Shown: positions 1 to 12,055 of the stretch, piece by piece
How the letters are laid out: every line of letters begins with the position of its first letter
Position numbering within the stretch: position 1 is the first letter of the stretch
From: Octopus sinensis
Taxonomy: Eukaryota
Assembly (NCBI RefSeq): GCF_006345805.1
Contig: NC_042997.1
Span: 118,420,001-118,484,000 of the forward strand
Direction of reading: 5' to 3'
DNA length: 64,000 nucleotides
The notes under the pieces: model-generated
Told to the model about the DNA's origin: nothing
The model's database searches: none
The model's input: the letters and a program-made list of their open reading frames with translations, nothing else
Program-made: the position numbers and the translations under genes

Positions 1-61
1 CTGCAAGATATACATCATGTGCCTTCTAGAAAAAATATATAGTATTAATATTAGTTTCAAA

Positions 62-257
62 TTTTGGCACAAAGCCATCAATTTCATAGGGGGTGGTGTC
101 GATATAATTGACCCCAGTGTTCAACTGGTACTTGGTTTATTGACTCCGAAAGTATGAAAAGCAAGGTCGACCTCGGCACGATTTGAACGAAATGAAGGAC
201 AAACTGCCGCTAAGCATTTTTCCCGGCATGATAACGATTCTGCCAGCTCGCTGCCCT
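62..257 (-). mobile_element. tRNA-derived SINE (family A, head 'ggcggcgagctggcagaa')
   Basis: The reverse complement matches the plus-strand copies at 15885 and 28436, including the head, B-box-like gttcaaat and the gtcgac...accag body. Confidence 0.8.
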
Positions 258-1917
258 ACTAATTTGAATATCGGAACTGCTTTTGAAGTAAATAATAGAC
301 ATTTTTTGTAGTACTGTCTCTCGATCTATGTATCTACACTTATACATTGCTATTTCCGTCTCTCTTACAGCATTGATCGACTTTCTTTTAAACTCCCTAA
401 TATAATTATCATCTAGTCTATTTGCTTTCCCGTCTTTATGTTTGCAATTTACGATGTCTCTGTTGCTTTAAATAGTCATTTTGTGTGTGTGTGTGACTGC
501 CTGTCTGTCTGTCTGTCTGTTGTATTAACATAATTAATATAGAGCGTGAGAGTTAGACACTATTCCAGGTCGGTTAGTATATTGGGATCACTGTGTCACT
601 TCACACGCTGTTAGAGATTCACCTGCTATTTGTCGGATGGGAATTTGGGGTTTCATGTATTTTATTTACATTTTGACACAATTAGAAAGTCTGTTAAATC
701 GGCCACAGTGTATAGCTTGTAATTGAATGTATCAAGTGAGCAAGGAAGACAGAAAGCAAATTTGACATGGGTGGTATTTAAACTCGAAATGGTAAAATCG
801 GGAACAAATAAAGCAATGTATATTGTACAAAGTCTTAAAGGTCCTGTAAATACCACGCACTCATAGCGAGTTGGTGTGAGAAGGAAAAAGGCCCAGAGAG
901 AAAAAAATATTTGGAGAAGCTAAAAGGTGATGAAATATCTACAAAATGCTAATGTAATAAAAGCAAAAAATAGAAAAAATTAGAAAAAAATCGAAACAGC
1001 AAAAGCAGAAGGGATTTGTAAAAAGAAGAAAGTGATCAACAGTGAAACAGAGAGGAAAGAAGGGGGAAATAAATCTAAAAAAAAAACTATTTGGGTATAA
1101 ACAAAACAATAGAATATTCTTTAAAAATAAGCTGTAAGAGTTTGTAGACAAGTATACAAATAGAAGCTGGCATCTCTAACTTCGCTTCATTTTCTTTGTG
1201 GTTCTGAGTTGGAAATTTCCCTCATGCACACGTTGAGATTTCGAGGCTAATGCAGTTTCACACCTCTCCTTGAAAAACGCATTTTTTGAAAAAATTTTTT
1301 TCTGATTCCTACGTTTTAGATGTCGGAGATTACAAATATGCGAAAACAATATACCATCCACCCCCTTTAAAATTTTCAACTTTTTCGAAATGTTTGTCCC
1401 TATGTTTTAAATGATGGAGATTCCGAATATGCAAGAAACCGCGTTTTCCAAATTTTAAATCAAGTAAGCATATAGATATGTATATAAAGAGACAGATAAA
1501 TAAGAATGTCTTCCTGGGGCTATAAACAACAGTAACAACGTCCTCTACAGGACCGCCACATTTAGTTGATAAATATATCTTATGAATAAACGGACAGAGA
1601 TAAATAGATGGACAGATAAATAAATAAATGGATGAAATACTTCAAAATTTAAAATTAGGGGAGGGGATCAAATTTGAGCCCCTTATTAAACTTTATAGCA
1701 TTAATTATCAAACATTAATGTTTGTTTCTCATAAAATGGTGTATATTTAACTAAAGTGTACTAGCCATCTGAATGTGGCTAGCCACTGGGGGTGGGGTGT
1801 TACTGGTGCTTTTAGCCCCAGGAGATCAACGTCACCAGCTGGCCTTAGACACAAAATTTCAGTGCCCTTGTGTTATTTGCAAAGGGAGGTCATCCTCCAT
1901 CGAAAACCTAAGTGATA

Positions 1918-1962
1918 CATACGGACTATAGTTTCAAGGTAATTGCCTCTCGTCAACGCATG
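1918..1962 (-). ncRNA. Minimal type I hammerhead ribozyme motif (U3 variant), copy 1
   Basis: Minus strand reads CAUGCG-UUGACGA-GAGG-caauua-CCUU-GAA-ACUAUAGU-C-CGUAUG. It has a 6-bp helix I, a 4-bp helix II, a palindromic helix III and a GUC site. Confidence 0.75.
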
Positions 1963-2275
1963 GTAAACACCGGTTTTCGATGAAGGAGACCCTTGCAAAT
2001 AATAACATTTAGCGTTTTTCACAGCAACCACTGTCACTGATTTAGAAAAACTGTCTGAAAGCATTAATAAATCTCTGAACGAGATATAAACAGTAACCGC
2101 TCGACAACGTAAAGTGTACTAGCCATCTGAATGTGGCTAGCCACTGGGGGTGGGGTGTTACTGATGCTTTTAGCCCCAGGAGATCAACGTCACCAGCTGG
2201 CCTTAGACACAAAATTTCAGTGCCCTTGTGTTATTTGAAAAGGGAGGTCATCCTCCATCGAAAACCTAAGTGATA

Positions 2276-2320
2276 CATACGGACTATAGTTTCAAGGTAA
2301 TTGCCTCTCGTCAACGCGTG
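2276..2320 (-). ncRNA. Minimal type I hammerhead ribozyme motif (U3 variant), copy 2
   Basis: Same motif as copy 1, with one mismatch in helix I (CACGCG/CGUAUG). Confidence 0.7.
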
Positions 2321-2574
2321 GTAAACACCGGTTTTCGATGGAGGAGACCCTTTTAAATAATAATATTTAACGTTTTTCACAGCAACCACTGTCACTGATT
2401 TAGTAAAACTGTCTGAAAGCATTAATACATCTCTGAACGAGATATAAACAGTAACCGCTCGACAACGTAAAGTGTACTAGCCATATATGTATGTATGTAT
2501 GCATGCATGTATGTTTGTATGTATGTATGTATGTATGTATGTATGTATGTATGTATGTATGTATGTATATATGT

Positions 2575-3070
2575 CATCATTCAGTTTATTTCAACATGTT
2601 TTGCCAATAGAGAAAAAATGGCCGAAGTATACTGCAGCCAACTGGACAAAATGATGCAGAAACTTACAAAAAAAACCCAACCTAGATTAGACCCACTCCT
2701 ATTTTATTGCAAGAAAACGCCAGACCACACATCGCATAAATGACATTGGTGATACAAGAGTTGGAGTTGGAAGTTCTCCATCATCCACCATACTCACCTG
2801 ATCTCGCCCCCACTGACTACCACTTCTTCCCGAATTTGGATAAATTTTGATAGGAAAAAATTTAATCTCGACAATGCTGCAAAACAGGCCCTCCAAGATT
2901 TTGCTGACTCTAGATTGCCAGGCTTTTACAGTTTCGGGCTGGGCAAGCTACCGCTGAAATAGCAAAAGTGTATAGACAATATGGGTGCATGCTTTGATGA
3001 ATAAAACTATTCCTTGTAGTTGTAAAACATTAGCAATTTTTTTCCTTTTCTACAAATTTCGAACTAATAC
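2575..3070 (+). mobile_element. mariner transposase C-terminal relic
   Basis: Degenerate translation includes ENARPH, EVLHHPPYSPDLAPTDYHFF and QKCIDNMGACFDE, with frameshifts and stops. Confidence 0.9.
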
Positions 3071-3076
3071 ATAAAT

Positions 3077-3108
<32 letters not shown>

Positions 3109-3499
3109 ACGCACACACTTACACCTAGAACCACGCTAATAGCTTAAAACTTCTCGGTTTTCTATGAATCAATTTTGATAAAACATTTCCCAACGATTAT
3201 TGAAATATGCAACATTTAAAGGACATTGAAATATGCAACATTTAAAGGACAGATTTTCCACTGAATGTGTAGATTTCGGACTCACAATTTAGTCTGGGAA
3301 AAATGAAAGTAATTTTTCCTCCTATACCAGGACAAACATATTCTGAACCAAATATTTTTGTGATTCCAGTTTTTATTTTCGAGGCTTAGCACTTATTCTG
3401 TGTTATCCTTTTTCCGAATTGTTACCTTACCCAAATATAGCAACACCCGTTGTCAACCGATGTGGTGAGGAGAGAAAGACACAGATATGAATACACACA

Positions 3500-3690
3500 T
3501 ATTTATATAGAGTTTAAATTTACAGAAAAACAAAAAGCGAAGGCAGGTGTATGAACAACAGGCAGATGCATTAGTTTGACGCTCGGGAAAATGAGAAAGT
3601 CTTTTACGTTTCGAGCCTACGCTCTTCAACAGAAAGGAATAAGAGAAAATAAACAGAGAGAAAATAAAAAAAAAACTTGTGGATTTAGCT
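3500..3690 (-). mobile_element. Short interspersed repeat carrying a hammerhead-like motif (Penelope pLTR-like); related copies at 9885-10025 and 44640-44872
   Basis: The shared block acgtttcgagcctacgctcttc is present. At 3601-3636 the minus strand reads CUUU-CUGUUGA-A-GAGC-guag-GCUC-GAA-ACGU-A-AAAG. Confidence 0.6.
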
Positions 3691-4814
3691 ATTTGTATAT
3701 AGTAGGCTTATAAACAGGGCTAATTTAGATTGTAAAAAAGAAATGATTTTCGAAATTTGTTGTATTCTTATCCGGTGTGGCGACACCAATTTGAATAATT
3801 CCAGTGAAATATACATCCAATCTGTTTATATACTCAGCAATTACCGTAACTACAGAAACCTGAAATTACTAATTTGCATCCTGTAAGTGTTAACACTCTA
3901 TTAAATACCGGTGGCCTCGCAATGGGTTTGTCAATCGACGAAGTATCAAGGTATGATATAATGTATGTAATCTATATAATAGATTTATTAACAGAAATAA
4001 CTGAGCTATTTCTACGTAGATTGAAAACAAAAATAATACAGGATGAACAACCTGATACATAATTGAGTTTGACAGAGTTTCTCTGTACCAAATCCACGCA
4101 CAAAGTATTGTCCAGCCTAGGGCTGAAATACATGACATTTACCCAATGACCGTAACTATTTCCTAGATGGAAATGTCAGTAAGATGTGCACTAAGGTGAA
4201 CAGATATAAAGAACACGAACATGGAAAAGTGAAGATATGATTTCCTAGTTACTGAATATTACACTGTATTGATTATAGATAAGTATATATTTACTTCTTG
4301 TATTACCTTAAACACTGGTATATTTCATAAAGAAAGAATTTTAATATTGAATTAGTAGAGTGTTTCTTTACTAGTTTTCTGCACAAATATATGATTAGGC
4401 ATAATATTTTCGTCTGTATGTTAGCGAGAAGAATTATGAAATATGTTAGTAATGAGAAAATTGCTTGAAAATGAAGATGTAATTAAAAAAATATATATAT
4501 TTTTCCAAATAGACAATTTTTCTTAGCCAAGAATTTATGGAAATAAATATATAACAAATTCAGTGGCAAATACTTAAGAACGACGGTAATCGACTTAATT
4601 GCTCTTAATATTTCATTGCTACTTATTGTATTGGCGCCTAAAGCAGAACACCGACAAAAATATAAACTTTACAAATGAAAAGCATTTTCTAATGAGATGG
4701 TTGAACAGCGCTCCTTACTCACTTAATGGTAGATACAGGAGCAAGTATTTAAATATAAATACATACATACACACACACACATATACTTTATTAAAAACCA
4801 GCAAAAGTATAGCA

Positions 4815-4860
4815 AAAACTGTTGCTCAGGGTTTCACGTTCACGTTCGTCAGACAGTTTT
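4815..4860 (-). ncRNA. Hammerhead motif with degenerate helix III and cleavage triplet
   Basis: Minus strand reads AAAACUGU-CUGACGA-ACG-ugaa-CGU-GAA-ACCCUGAGC-A-ACAGUUUU, with an 8-bp helix I. Confidence 0.6.
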
Positions 4861-4877
4861 GTTTAGAATTTCTAAAC

Positions 4878-4923
4878 AAAACTGTCCGACGAACGGGAGC
4901 GCGAAACTCTGAGTAACAGTTTT
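4878..4923 (+). ncRNA. Hammerhead motif (U4C variant)
   Basis: Reads AAAACUGU-CCGACGA-ACG-ggag-CGC-GAA-ACUC-U-GAGU-A-ACAGUUUU, with an 8-bp helix I and a GUA site. Confidence 0.6.
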
Positions 4924-5029
4924 TGTGATATTTTTGCTGCTTTTTAATAAAGCACATTACTCTACCTCTGTAGGCTGTTGCAGAGCTGCGGCCATGCTGA
5001 TGCACCGCCGTTTTGCTACACCGTTATTA

Positions 5030-5989
5030 CTAAGAGCCTCTTCCAAACTGTGGTACTTGGTGAAGAATGTAGTTTGATATAGCTACCCTCATTTGCACCT
5101 CTTGTCGTGAGGTAGTTTCATCTGGGACCCTCGATAGGAAGAGGTCCAGCTTTGATTTAAAAACCCCTACATCTACTTTGAGCAAGCTCCCCAGCCTCTT
5201 TGGGAGAATATGAAAAGGTTGTGGGTCCTTGAAACCCAGACTGTTGCAGTAAATAGTCCTGAAGCTTGATGACATTGCTGGGATCTTTGGCACTATGCAG
5301 TGTCGTCCCGTTCTAGCATTGGTGTAGCTTTCAATGCCACAATTTGGCACAATTCTTTCCAGGATCTTCCAGATATATATTACTGCATTCCTCTCCCGTC
5401 TTCTCTCCAGGGATTAGAGTGTTAGCTGTTTCAACCTTTCCCAGTAGCTGAGCAATTGCAAAGGGACGATCTTCTTTGTGAATCTTCTCTGGATTGCTTC
5501 AAGGTCTGCTGTTAATCTCACACTGGTGGGTGACCATAGCTGTGAGCAGTAATCCAGGCGGCTGAGGACGAATGTCCGCCAGAGGACCATCATGGTTTCC
5601 TTATCTCTAGTTCTGAATGTTCTAAGGATCCATCCAGCCAGTCATCTGCACTTTGTCGCCATCCTGGTAATGTGCACTTGGAAAGAGGTATCATCACTCA
5701 TGTCGATACCCAGGTCCCTCACTGACTTAGGCTCTGGGATTGAAATTCCCTGTGGATCGGTGTACCCAGTAAGTTTCATATATTTGGATGCTGGTAGCGC
5801 AGGGCTTAAATTAAACTGGATATTAAACTGCATATTATTATCCTCAGCCCATCTGTAAATTGAGTCCAACTTCTGCTGCAGGTGTGCAACATCGCTGGGG
5901 TTCTGTATTTTCTGCGAGACTTTCGTATCACCTGCATAGCTTGCCAGAATGGCTATCCGGGTATTTGAAGGCATAACTGAGAGGGCCAC

Positions 5990-5990
<1 letters not shown>
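5030..5990 (-). mobile_element. CR1-like LINE 3' fragment (RT C-terminus)
   Basis: ORF 5642-5989 has YAGDTK (degenerate YADDTK) and VRDLGIDMSDD. ORF 5030-5350 ends in KSKLDLFLSRVPDE, as the other CR1 copies do. Confidence 0.9.
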
Positions 5991-6021
<31 letters not shown>

Positions 6022-6735
6022 TGTATGTATGTATGTATGTATGTATGTATGTATGTATGTATATTTAAGTCACAATATACGGTCTGTTTCAACTAAACCA
6101 GTGGTACTCAAAAAATTCTGATTTAACAACAATTATTTCGCAGCTCAATAAACATGTAGTATAATAAATTACTTACGTGTGTGCGTTAACATATTTGCAA
6201 TTTTCAAATTAGTGCATACATGTAATTATAAACTATTTTAAACTATAACAGAATAAATTATTTATACCTGTTTATTAAAAAACTGTAAATAAAAATAACT
6301 CATGAATAGAATAGTAACCCCGTGAACGTCTCGTCAGGTTCTAAAGCCGAAGACAATTGTAACTCTTCCCCTCTGGGTGGCAGGAATCTGTTACTGTCAT
6401 TTGGCCAGTAAGTCGCCAGAGAATGAATAGACCAGTACGAGTTATCTCCCTTAGACCACTTTTTGTGGGCCAAAAGTAAAGGAACAGGGGATTTTTCACT
6501 TGGGCTGCTTTCAGATCGTAAGCACCGTTCAGGATCTAATCGGAGAACACGGAATCCCATGCTTGTAGCAGGTAGCGTTTGGAATGGTTGCTATGGCTGT
6601 AAATTTCCTGGCAAGTGTTGAGTGATCCAGAGTTGAGGGAACCTTTATCCTTGATCGCTCGACTATACTAAACTTGCAGCGCTCACTCCCGTTAATTTAG
6701 GGACCCGGCCGACCTAAGATCCACCTCTAGATATA

Positions 6736-7700
6736 AAACTATTTTTATGAAATTTCTTTTCCTCCCTCTACTGTGATAAAATTTGGTATATACTCAAAAG
6801 TATTCAAAGAAGTTTTATCCTTTTGTTATGATATCATTCTTAATAATCTTCTTGACTACCGTAAATTTTTACCTTATACAATATGGCAATGTGTTTGGAA
6901 ATGGTCTCTAGAAATTTCTTGATTTATCCCTTTCTTAAAGTGCTCTACACTTCTGATCTTAGCATTTATAAGGGCCTTTATATAAGTAGCCCTTCTTACT
7001 AGGTACCCCTAGGAAACTATACATACCATGTATAGGGTAACAATAACAACTTCTAAAAACCTATAATATACCTCTTAGTTTTAAATTAGTATATAATTAG
7101 AATGTCCTATAACATCAATATTCCTTTAGCTAATACTAGGTATCAGTCTGTATTGCTACTAGCTAAACAAGTATATAAATAAGTTTTAGTTTAGTATACT
7201 TAACTTATTATACATTTTCTTTAAATATTCTCTATTGATGTAAATAATGTATATATATACTTTATCATGTTTTAGTGATTATTCTATTTTATTCCTTTTC
7301 TATGTTGTTCTGCCCCACCTGATTATTTTATTATTTTATAATATCCTTTATTTATTTATAAAATAAATGTAATTTTTGTACCTGTATAACTTATATAAAA
7401 CAATACCGGTATATTCACTGCTTAAAAGAAACTGCTTAAATTATAATTTAATTAATACATAGCTAGCATGTTATTTTACCTCAGTACTCCTTTATTAAAT
7501 ACCAGTAATTGCCAATTGATCAATATTCACATATATCACCTGATAAGTTAGTATTTAAGTATACAATATGTATAAATATTAAACTATTTCTATATAATTT
7601 CTTTTCCTCCCTCTATTGTGGTAAACGTTTGGTATATACTCAAAAGTATTCAAAAAATCTTTTTATCCTTTTGTTATAAAATTCTTCTTAATAATCTTCT
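6736..7700 (-). mobile_element. Decayed Penelope-like element: ~115-bp direct repeats 845 bp apart with an internal GIY-YIG-like relic
   Basis: The repeat ttcttttcctccctct...atactcaaaagtattcaa...ttaataatcttct occurs at ~6736-6853 and 7581-7700. The minus-strand relic TYIKALINAKIRSVEH resembles YIGxTxNxKxRxxEH. Confidence 0.4.
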
Positions 7701-7724
7701 GAGTGTATGTATGTATGTATATGT

Positions 7725-8423
7725 ATATCAAAATAAGCAACAAGGATATCTAGAGGTAATGCAGTACGATCGTTTCAAGCAACTCCATTTAATTGAAGAA
7801 TGCAATCATTTAACTTTCTACAATATGACAATATCGTTTAAAATATTTTACTATAGTACCACATGATAAGATTTCCCCTGTTTCACTATCAATTATCTAC
7901 TATTGGCTTGCCCCTTTAATTGTCAGCTAACATCTTGATTTAAGATTTCCTTTACCAAATCTCATTATATTGCCTCAAATAAATCTTGATAGTTTTTTAT
8001 GACAATACCTACTATGATTTCTGTCGACTCCCTCAACCCCACTTCCTAGCAGACACTACTCCTTGTTCTTTTGGCCTTAGATATACAAAGATTTGATAGA
8101 CTAGTCCATAAATTAATACTGACCCCTTAAAACAGTGACAAGCTATATCTGTAACAAGTCTTTCTTCCTGATACCTTAGTAGCTCCTAAGCAGAAGTTAA
8201 GTCAGGATGTTCTTTATCTATCTCCTTACCTAGTTGGAGATTTTTGGTAAAATTATACTAATGTGTCCATCTGTTTTAATTTAATTAAATTCTATGTCTT
8301 TATGCAGCTGAGGATTACTCTGCATTTGAATTGATGTAATGATTGCATTGTTCAGTTAAATGGAGTTGCTTGAAACGATCATACTGCATTACCTCTGGAC
8401 ATCCTTGTTGCTTATTTTGATAT
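7725..8423. repeat. Inverted ~90-bp repeats (7725-7815 / 8335-8423), pLTR-like
   Basis: aacaaggatatctagaggtaatgcagtacgatcgtttcaagc is the reverse complement, with few mismatches, of gcttgaaacgatcatactgcattacctctggacatccttgtt. Confidence 0.85.
8302..8389 (+). ncRNA. Degenerate type I hammerhead motif
   Basis: Reads AUGCAG-CUGAGGA-...-GAA-ACGAUCAU-A-CUGCAU. The inverted copy keeps the palindrome ACGAUCGU. The base of helix II is imperfect. Confidence 0.5.
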
Positions 8424-8468
8424 ACACACATACATACATACATACATACATACATCATATATATATAT

Positions 8469-8516
<48 letters not shown>

Positions 8517-8710
8517 TGTATGTATGTATGTATGTATGTATGTATGTATGTTTGTATATATATATATATATATACGCACATACCTCCATGCATACTCTTA
8601 TACATGCACACATATGTGTGTATGTACGTTTATACACATTATATATTTATACATACGAACATATTCTCTCTCTCTCTCTCTCTCTAAACACACACACACG
8701 CACACACACA

Positions 8711-8782
<72 letters not shown>

Positions 8783-9402
8783 GAAAAAAGGAAGTATTAA
8801 AATCTGTCGTGCGTAACATAAAACTGAGTGGGGATGAAGAGGAAAACACCGAGAAATAAAGCATAAACAAAGAATAACAATCAGCAAAATAGTATATCCT
8901 TTCTAGCTTAGACTAGAAGCTTTACATACAAATTCAAGTGTGACCCATTTGCTTAATAAAATGTGAGGCGTTCGTGACAGAGTGGAGGAGCAGAAGAAAG
9001 AGTATAGGAGATATAAGGTGGTGGCACTACGAACGTTGACACCATTAACATTGCCATAACCGGTTGGTTATGAGTCACTACATGTCGATTACTCTCCACG
9101 AATAAAGATAAAATAAAAGAATTGTAATTTCTCAGTGAATTATTATGAAATAATAAGTAAATACAGCGTGTAAATAGAAAAATGACATTTTCAACAGAAC
9201 TACACAAAACACTTAGCAACGAGTCGAACATCATCGTTACGGTACAGGCCCATTAATTCCTAGATTTTTTTCTTTCAACATTTCTCTTTAACCATTTGCC
9301 TCTCTCTTTCATATCTTGCTACCTGTATATATATATCCCTTATATCGTATCGTCTATCGTTTCCATATCAGTCTGGCTTTCTCGTTATTATTATCTATCC
9401 CG

Positions 9403-9437
<35 letters not shown>

Positions 9438-9484
9438 TGTATGTATGTATGTATGTATGTATGTATGTATTATGTATATATATA

Positions 9485-9865
9485 TGCCGTGGTTGTGTGG
9501 TAAGAAGCTTGTGTCCCAACCACATGGTTCCTGGTTCAGTCCCACTGCGTGGCACCTTGGGCAAGAGTCTTCTACTATAGCCTCGGGCCGACCAAAGCCT
9601 TTTGAGTGGATTTGGTACTCAGAAACTGAAAGAAACCTGTCGTATATATATATATATATATATATTTGTGTGTCTGTGTTTGTCCCCACCCATCATCGCT
9701 TGACAACTGATGTTGGTGTGTTTACGTCCCCGTAAATTAGTGGTTCGGCAAAAGAGTTCGACAGAATAAGTACTAGGTTTACAAAGAATAAGACCTGGGG
9801 TCGATTTGCTCGACTAAAGGCGTTGCTCCAGCATAGCCGCAGTCAGATGACTGAAACAAATAAGA
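9485..9865 (+). mobile_element. tRNA-derived SINE (family B, 'gtggtaagaagcttg...gggcaag...gccgacc') with internal microsatellite
   Basis: Matches the minus-strand copies at 18330, 26030 and 61700. Contains B-box-like ggttcagtcc and a gactgaaacaa tail. Confidence 0.85.
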
Positions 9866-10076
9866 GAATATATATATATATATATAGGGAGGGTTCACGA
9901 AAAAAGCAAAAGACGAAGATAAGTGGTGCAGAAAACAAACAGAAGTATTAGTATAACGCTCATGACTTGAAAAAGTATTTTACGTTTCGAGCCTACGCTC
10001 TTCTATATAACCGTTATATTGTCTCTGTCGACTTGTCTCTCGAGTTATCTATCCTGCTATACATACATACATACAT

Positions 10077-10153
<77 letters not shown>

Positions 10154-12005
10154 CGTGTGTGTGTGTGTGTATCCATCTTATATCGTTTTCTCTCCTGCTA
10201 TTTGTGTATATAAACATGATGTCTGTTTCCCAATCTGTCTCGTAATTACTTGTCATCATATTTTCTCTTTCTCTCTTTCTTTGTCATCTAATACATCTAT
10301 CTATTAATCTATTCTGTCTATCATTCCATCTTTTTGTTTGTCTGCACTTTCCTAACTAACCTCTCTACAATTACGTATAACTTTTTTCTATTGCCTCGCC
10401 TTGCTTCTCCTCTTCTCTTAAATTCATCCTTTTCTATTCTCTACACCATTCGACAACAATGCCCACGTTTAGTCTTAGCACTATTCAAAATAGACAAAAT
10501 TACATACATGAAAAAAGAAACCTTTCTATTTGTCTACATGTGTCGATATCAACTATTTATGTCATATAATTTGTCAGCCAGTCTAAGACCAATAAAAGAA
10601 TTTTTAAATATATATATATGTGATAAAATTAATAAAAGGAAAATAATATTATCTTACGAAAATATACTTTAATTTATATGTGGTTTCAAAACTGTCCCCA
10701 CCACCAGAAAAATAAATTAAACAAGAAAATACAAAGAAGCAAATTTGTTATTGACTCATTTTAATGAAAGCCAAACATACGCACAAACTAAAACACAGCT
10801 TATATGTATGTATGCATGTATGTATGTATGTATGTATGTATGTATGTATGTATGTATGTATGTATCTATGTATGTATGTATGTATGTATGTATGTATGTA
10901 TCAAGTCAGGTATGTAGCTATACACGTAGCTATAAGTATATTTATACTTGTACGTATGTGTACACAATCGCAAAAGTATGTTATTGTAAATTTGTTATAT
11001 TTTGTGTGTATATACCAATACGTACACACATACACGCACATATGTGTATATTATATGTGAGTGTGTGTGTGTGTGTGTTTGTGTGTGTTTGTGTATGTCG
11101 ATGTATACGCCCATCTCTCTCTCTCTCTCCTCCCTTATTCCCCTTTCTTTCTTTCTCTATCTCTCTCACCTCCAGCCCCCTCGATCTGTCTCTTTCTTCT
11201 CCTCCCTCGTCCACCTTCTCTCTCTTTTCATCTGTCCCTTTCTCCTGTCTTTTGTTCTCACGTGACCGCTAGCCGCTGTTGAGCGCTCTTTTCGTTCCAG
11301 CAGTCGCAGAAGCAACACGTATTTGTTCGTCTCCCTGCGGCCATTAGGCACAACTTCACAAGCCAGCCCCATACTCAACTCGTCCTGTCGAAAGACCCTT
11401 GTCCTACGTCCTGGTTTTGTTTTGTTGTTTATTTTTTATTTTTACCGTTATTGTTTTTACGTTTTTGTATTCTTATTGGTGTCACGTATTCTGTATTTTT
11501 GTTCGTGTACTTCGTTCGTTTTCCGTCCTCGTGTTGTATACATTCGAAGCTTTCTTCCAGGGGATCTAATGCGCTTGGCTTAGATTTCCCTTGGCGGGCT
11601 GGCCATATCGGAGCAATCTCAAGATTAATCAGCCGAAATTGCTAAGATGATCTGGTTCTTGACTGATGACTGAGGGCTTCGAATGTCCCGTCCTGTGGTT
11701 CTTGTGTCGTCTCTGTGGTGTTTCATGTTCTTGTCCATGTCTGTAATTATTTTTACTGTTTACCTATATATATATATATATATATATCGAGTCTTGATTT
11801 TCTGGTAGTGTAAAATCTATTATTGTACGTGAATGTAATGTAGGTTATCAACACAGTTCAGGACAGTGTGTATGATATGTGTATGTTGAATCACATGCAC
11901 TTTAGACACCCAGATCTAGAATTAATGCCTGCTGTTATTTTTTCACACTTTACGTCGGTGTCAATAGGAGAGTCTCCGAGCGACACTTCGCTAATGCTCG
12001 GGTAT

Positions 12006-12055
12006 CTATTTGACGAAAAATCTATGAAGCGGATAATGAAGAACACGTATATGAT
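12006..12055 (-). CDS. Candidate terminal exon of an unidentified minus-strand gene (DHIRVLHYPLHRFFVK*)
   Basis: A polypyrimidine tract and cag acceptor lie at 12056-57. The phase is compatible with the candidate exon at 14284-14348. No homology recognised. Confidence 0.25.

Larger units (their letters stand above)
1752..2484 (-). repeat. Tandem repeat of a 358-bp unit (2 copies plus 17 bp), retrozyme-like
   Basis: taaagtgtactagccat recurs at 1752, 2110 and 2468. The units are nearly identical and each carries a hammerhead motif on the minus strand. Confidence 0.95.
4786..4952. repeat. Palindrome with 83-bp arms (axis 4869) formed by two head-to-head hammerhead-bearing repeats
   Basis: The arms are reverse complements with a few mismatches around gtttagaa-t-ttctaaac. 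Confidence 0.9.

Noticed and set aside
1873-2422. Duplicated 63-aa ORFs in the 358-bp repeat
   Set aside because: Non-ATG starts and no domain. The conserved feature is RNA structure.
1752-2484. CRISPR-like or tRNA array interpretation of the tandem repeats
   Set aside because: The context is eukaryotic, with no unique spacers, no cas genes and no cloverleaf.
3199-3250. 26-bp tandem duplication (similar 29-bp one at ~50310-50365)
   Set aside because: Ordinary slippage or repair duplication.
8360-8890. ORFs such as [20 protein letters not shown] and ERERER throughout the window
   Set aside because: They are translations of (CATA)n, (TA)n, (CA)n and (GA)n microsatellites.
10525-10590. Hammerhead-like remnant on the minus strand
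   Set aside because: Both core halves are mutated (CUGACAA, GACAC), so it is too degenerate to call.
11600-11690. CUGAUGA and GAAAUUGCU in an interspersed repeat
   Set aside because: The order and spacing do not fit any hammerhead topology.
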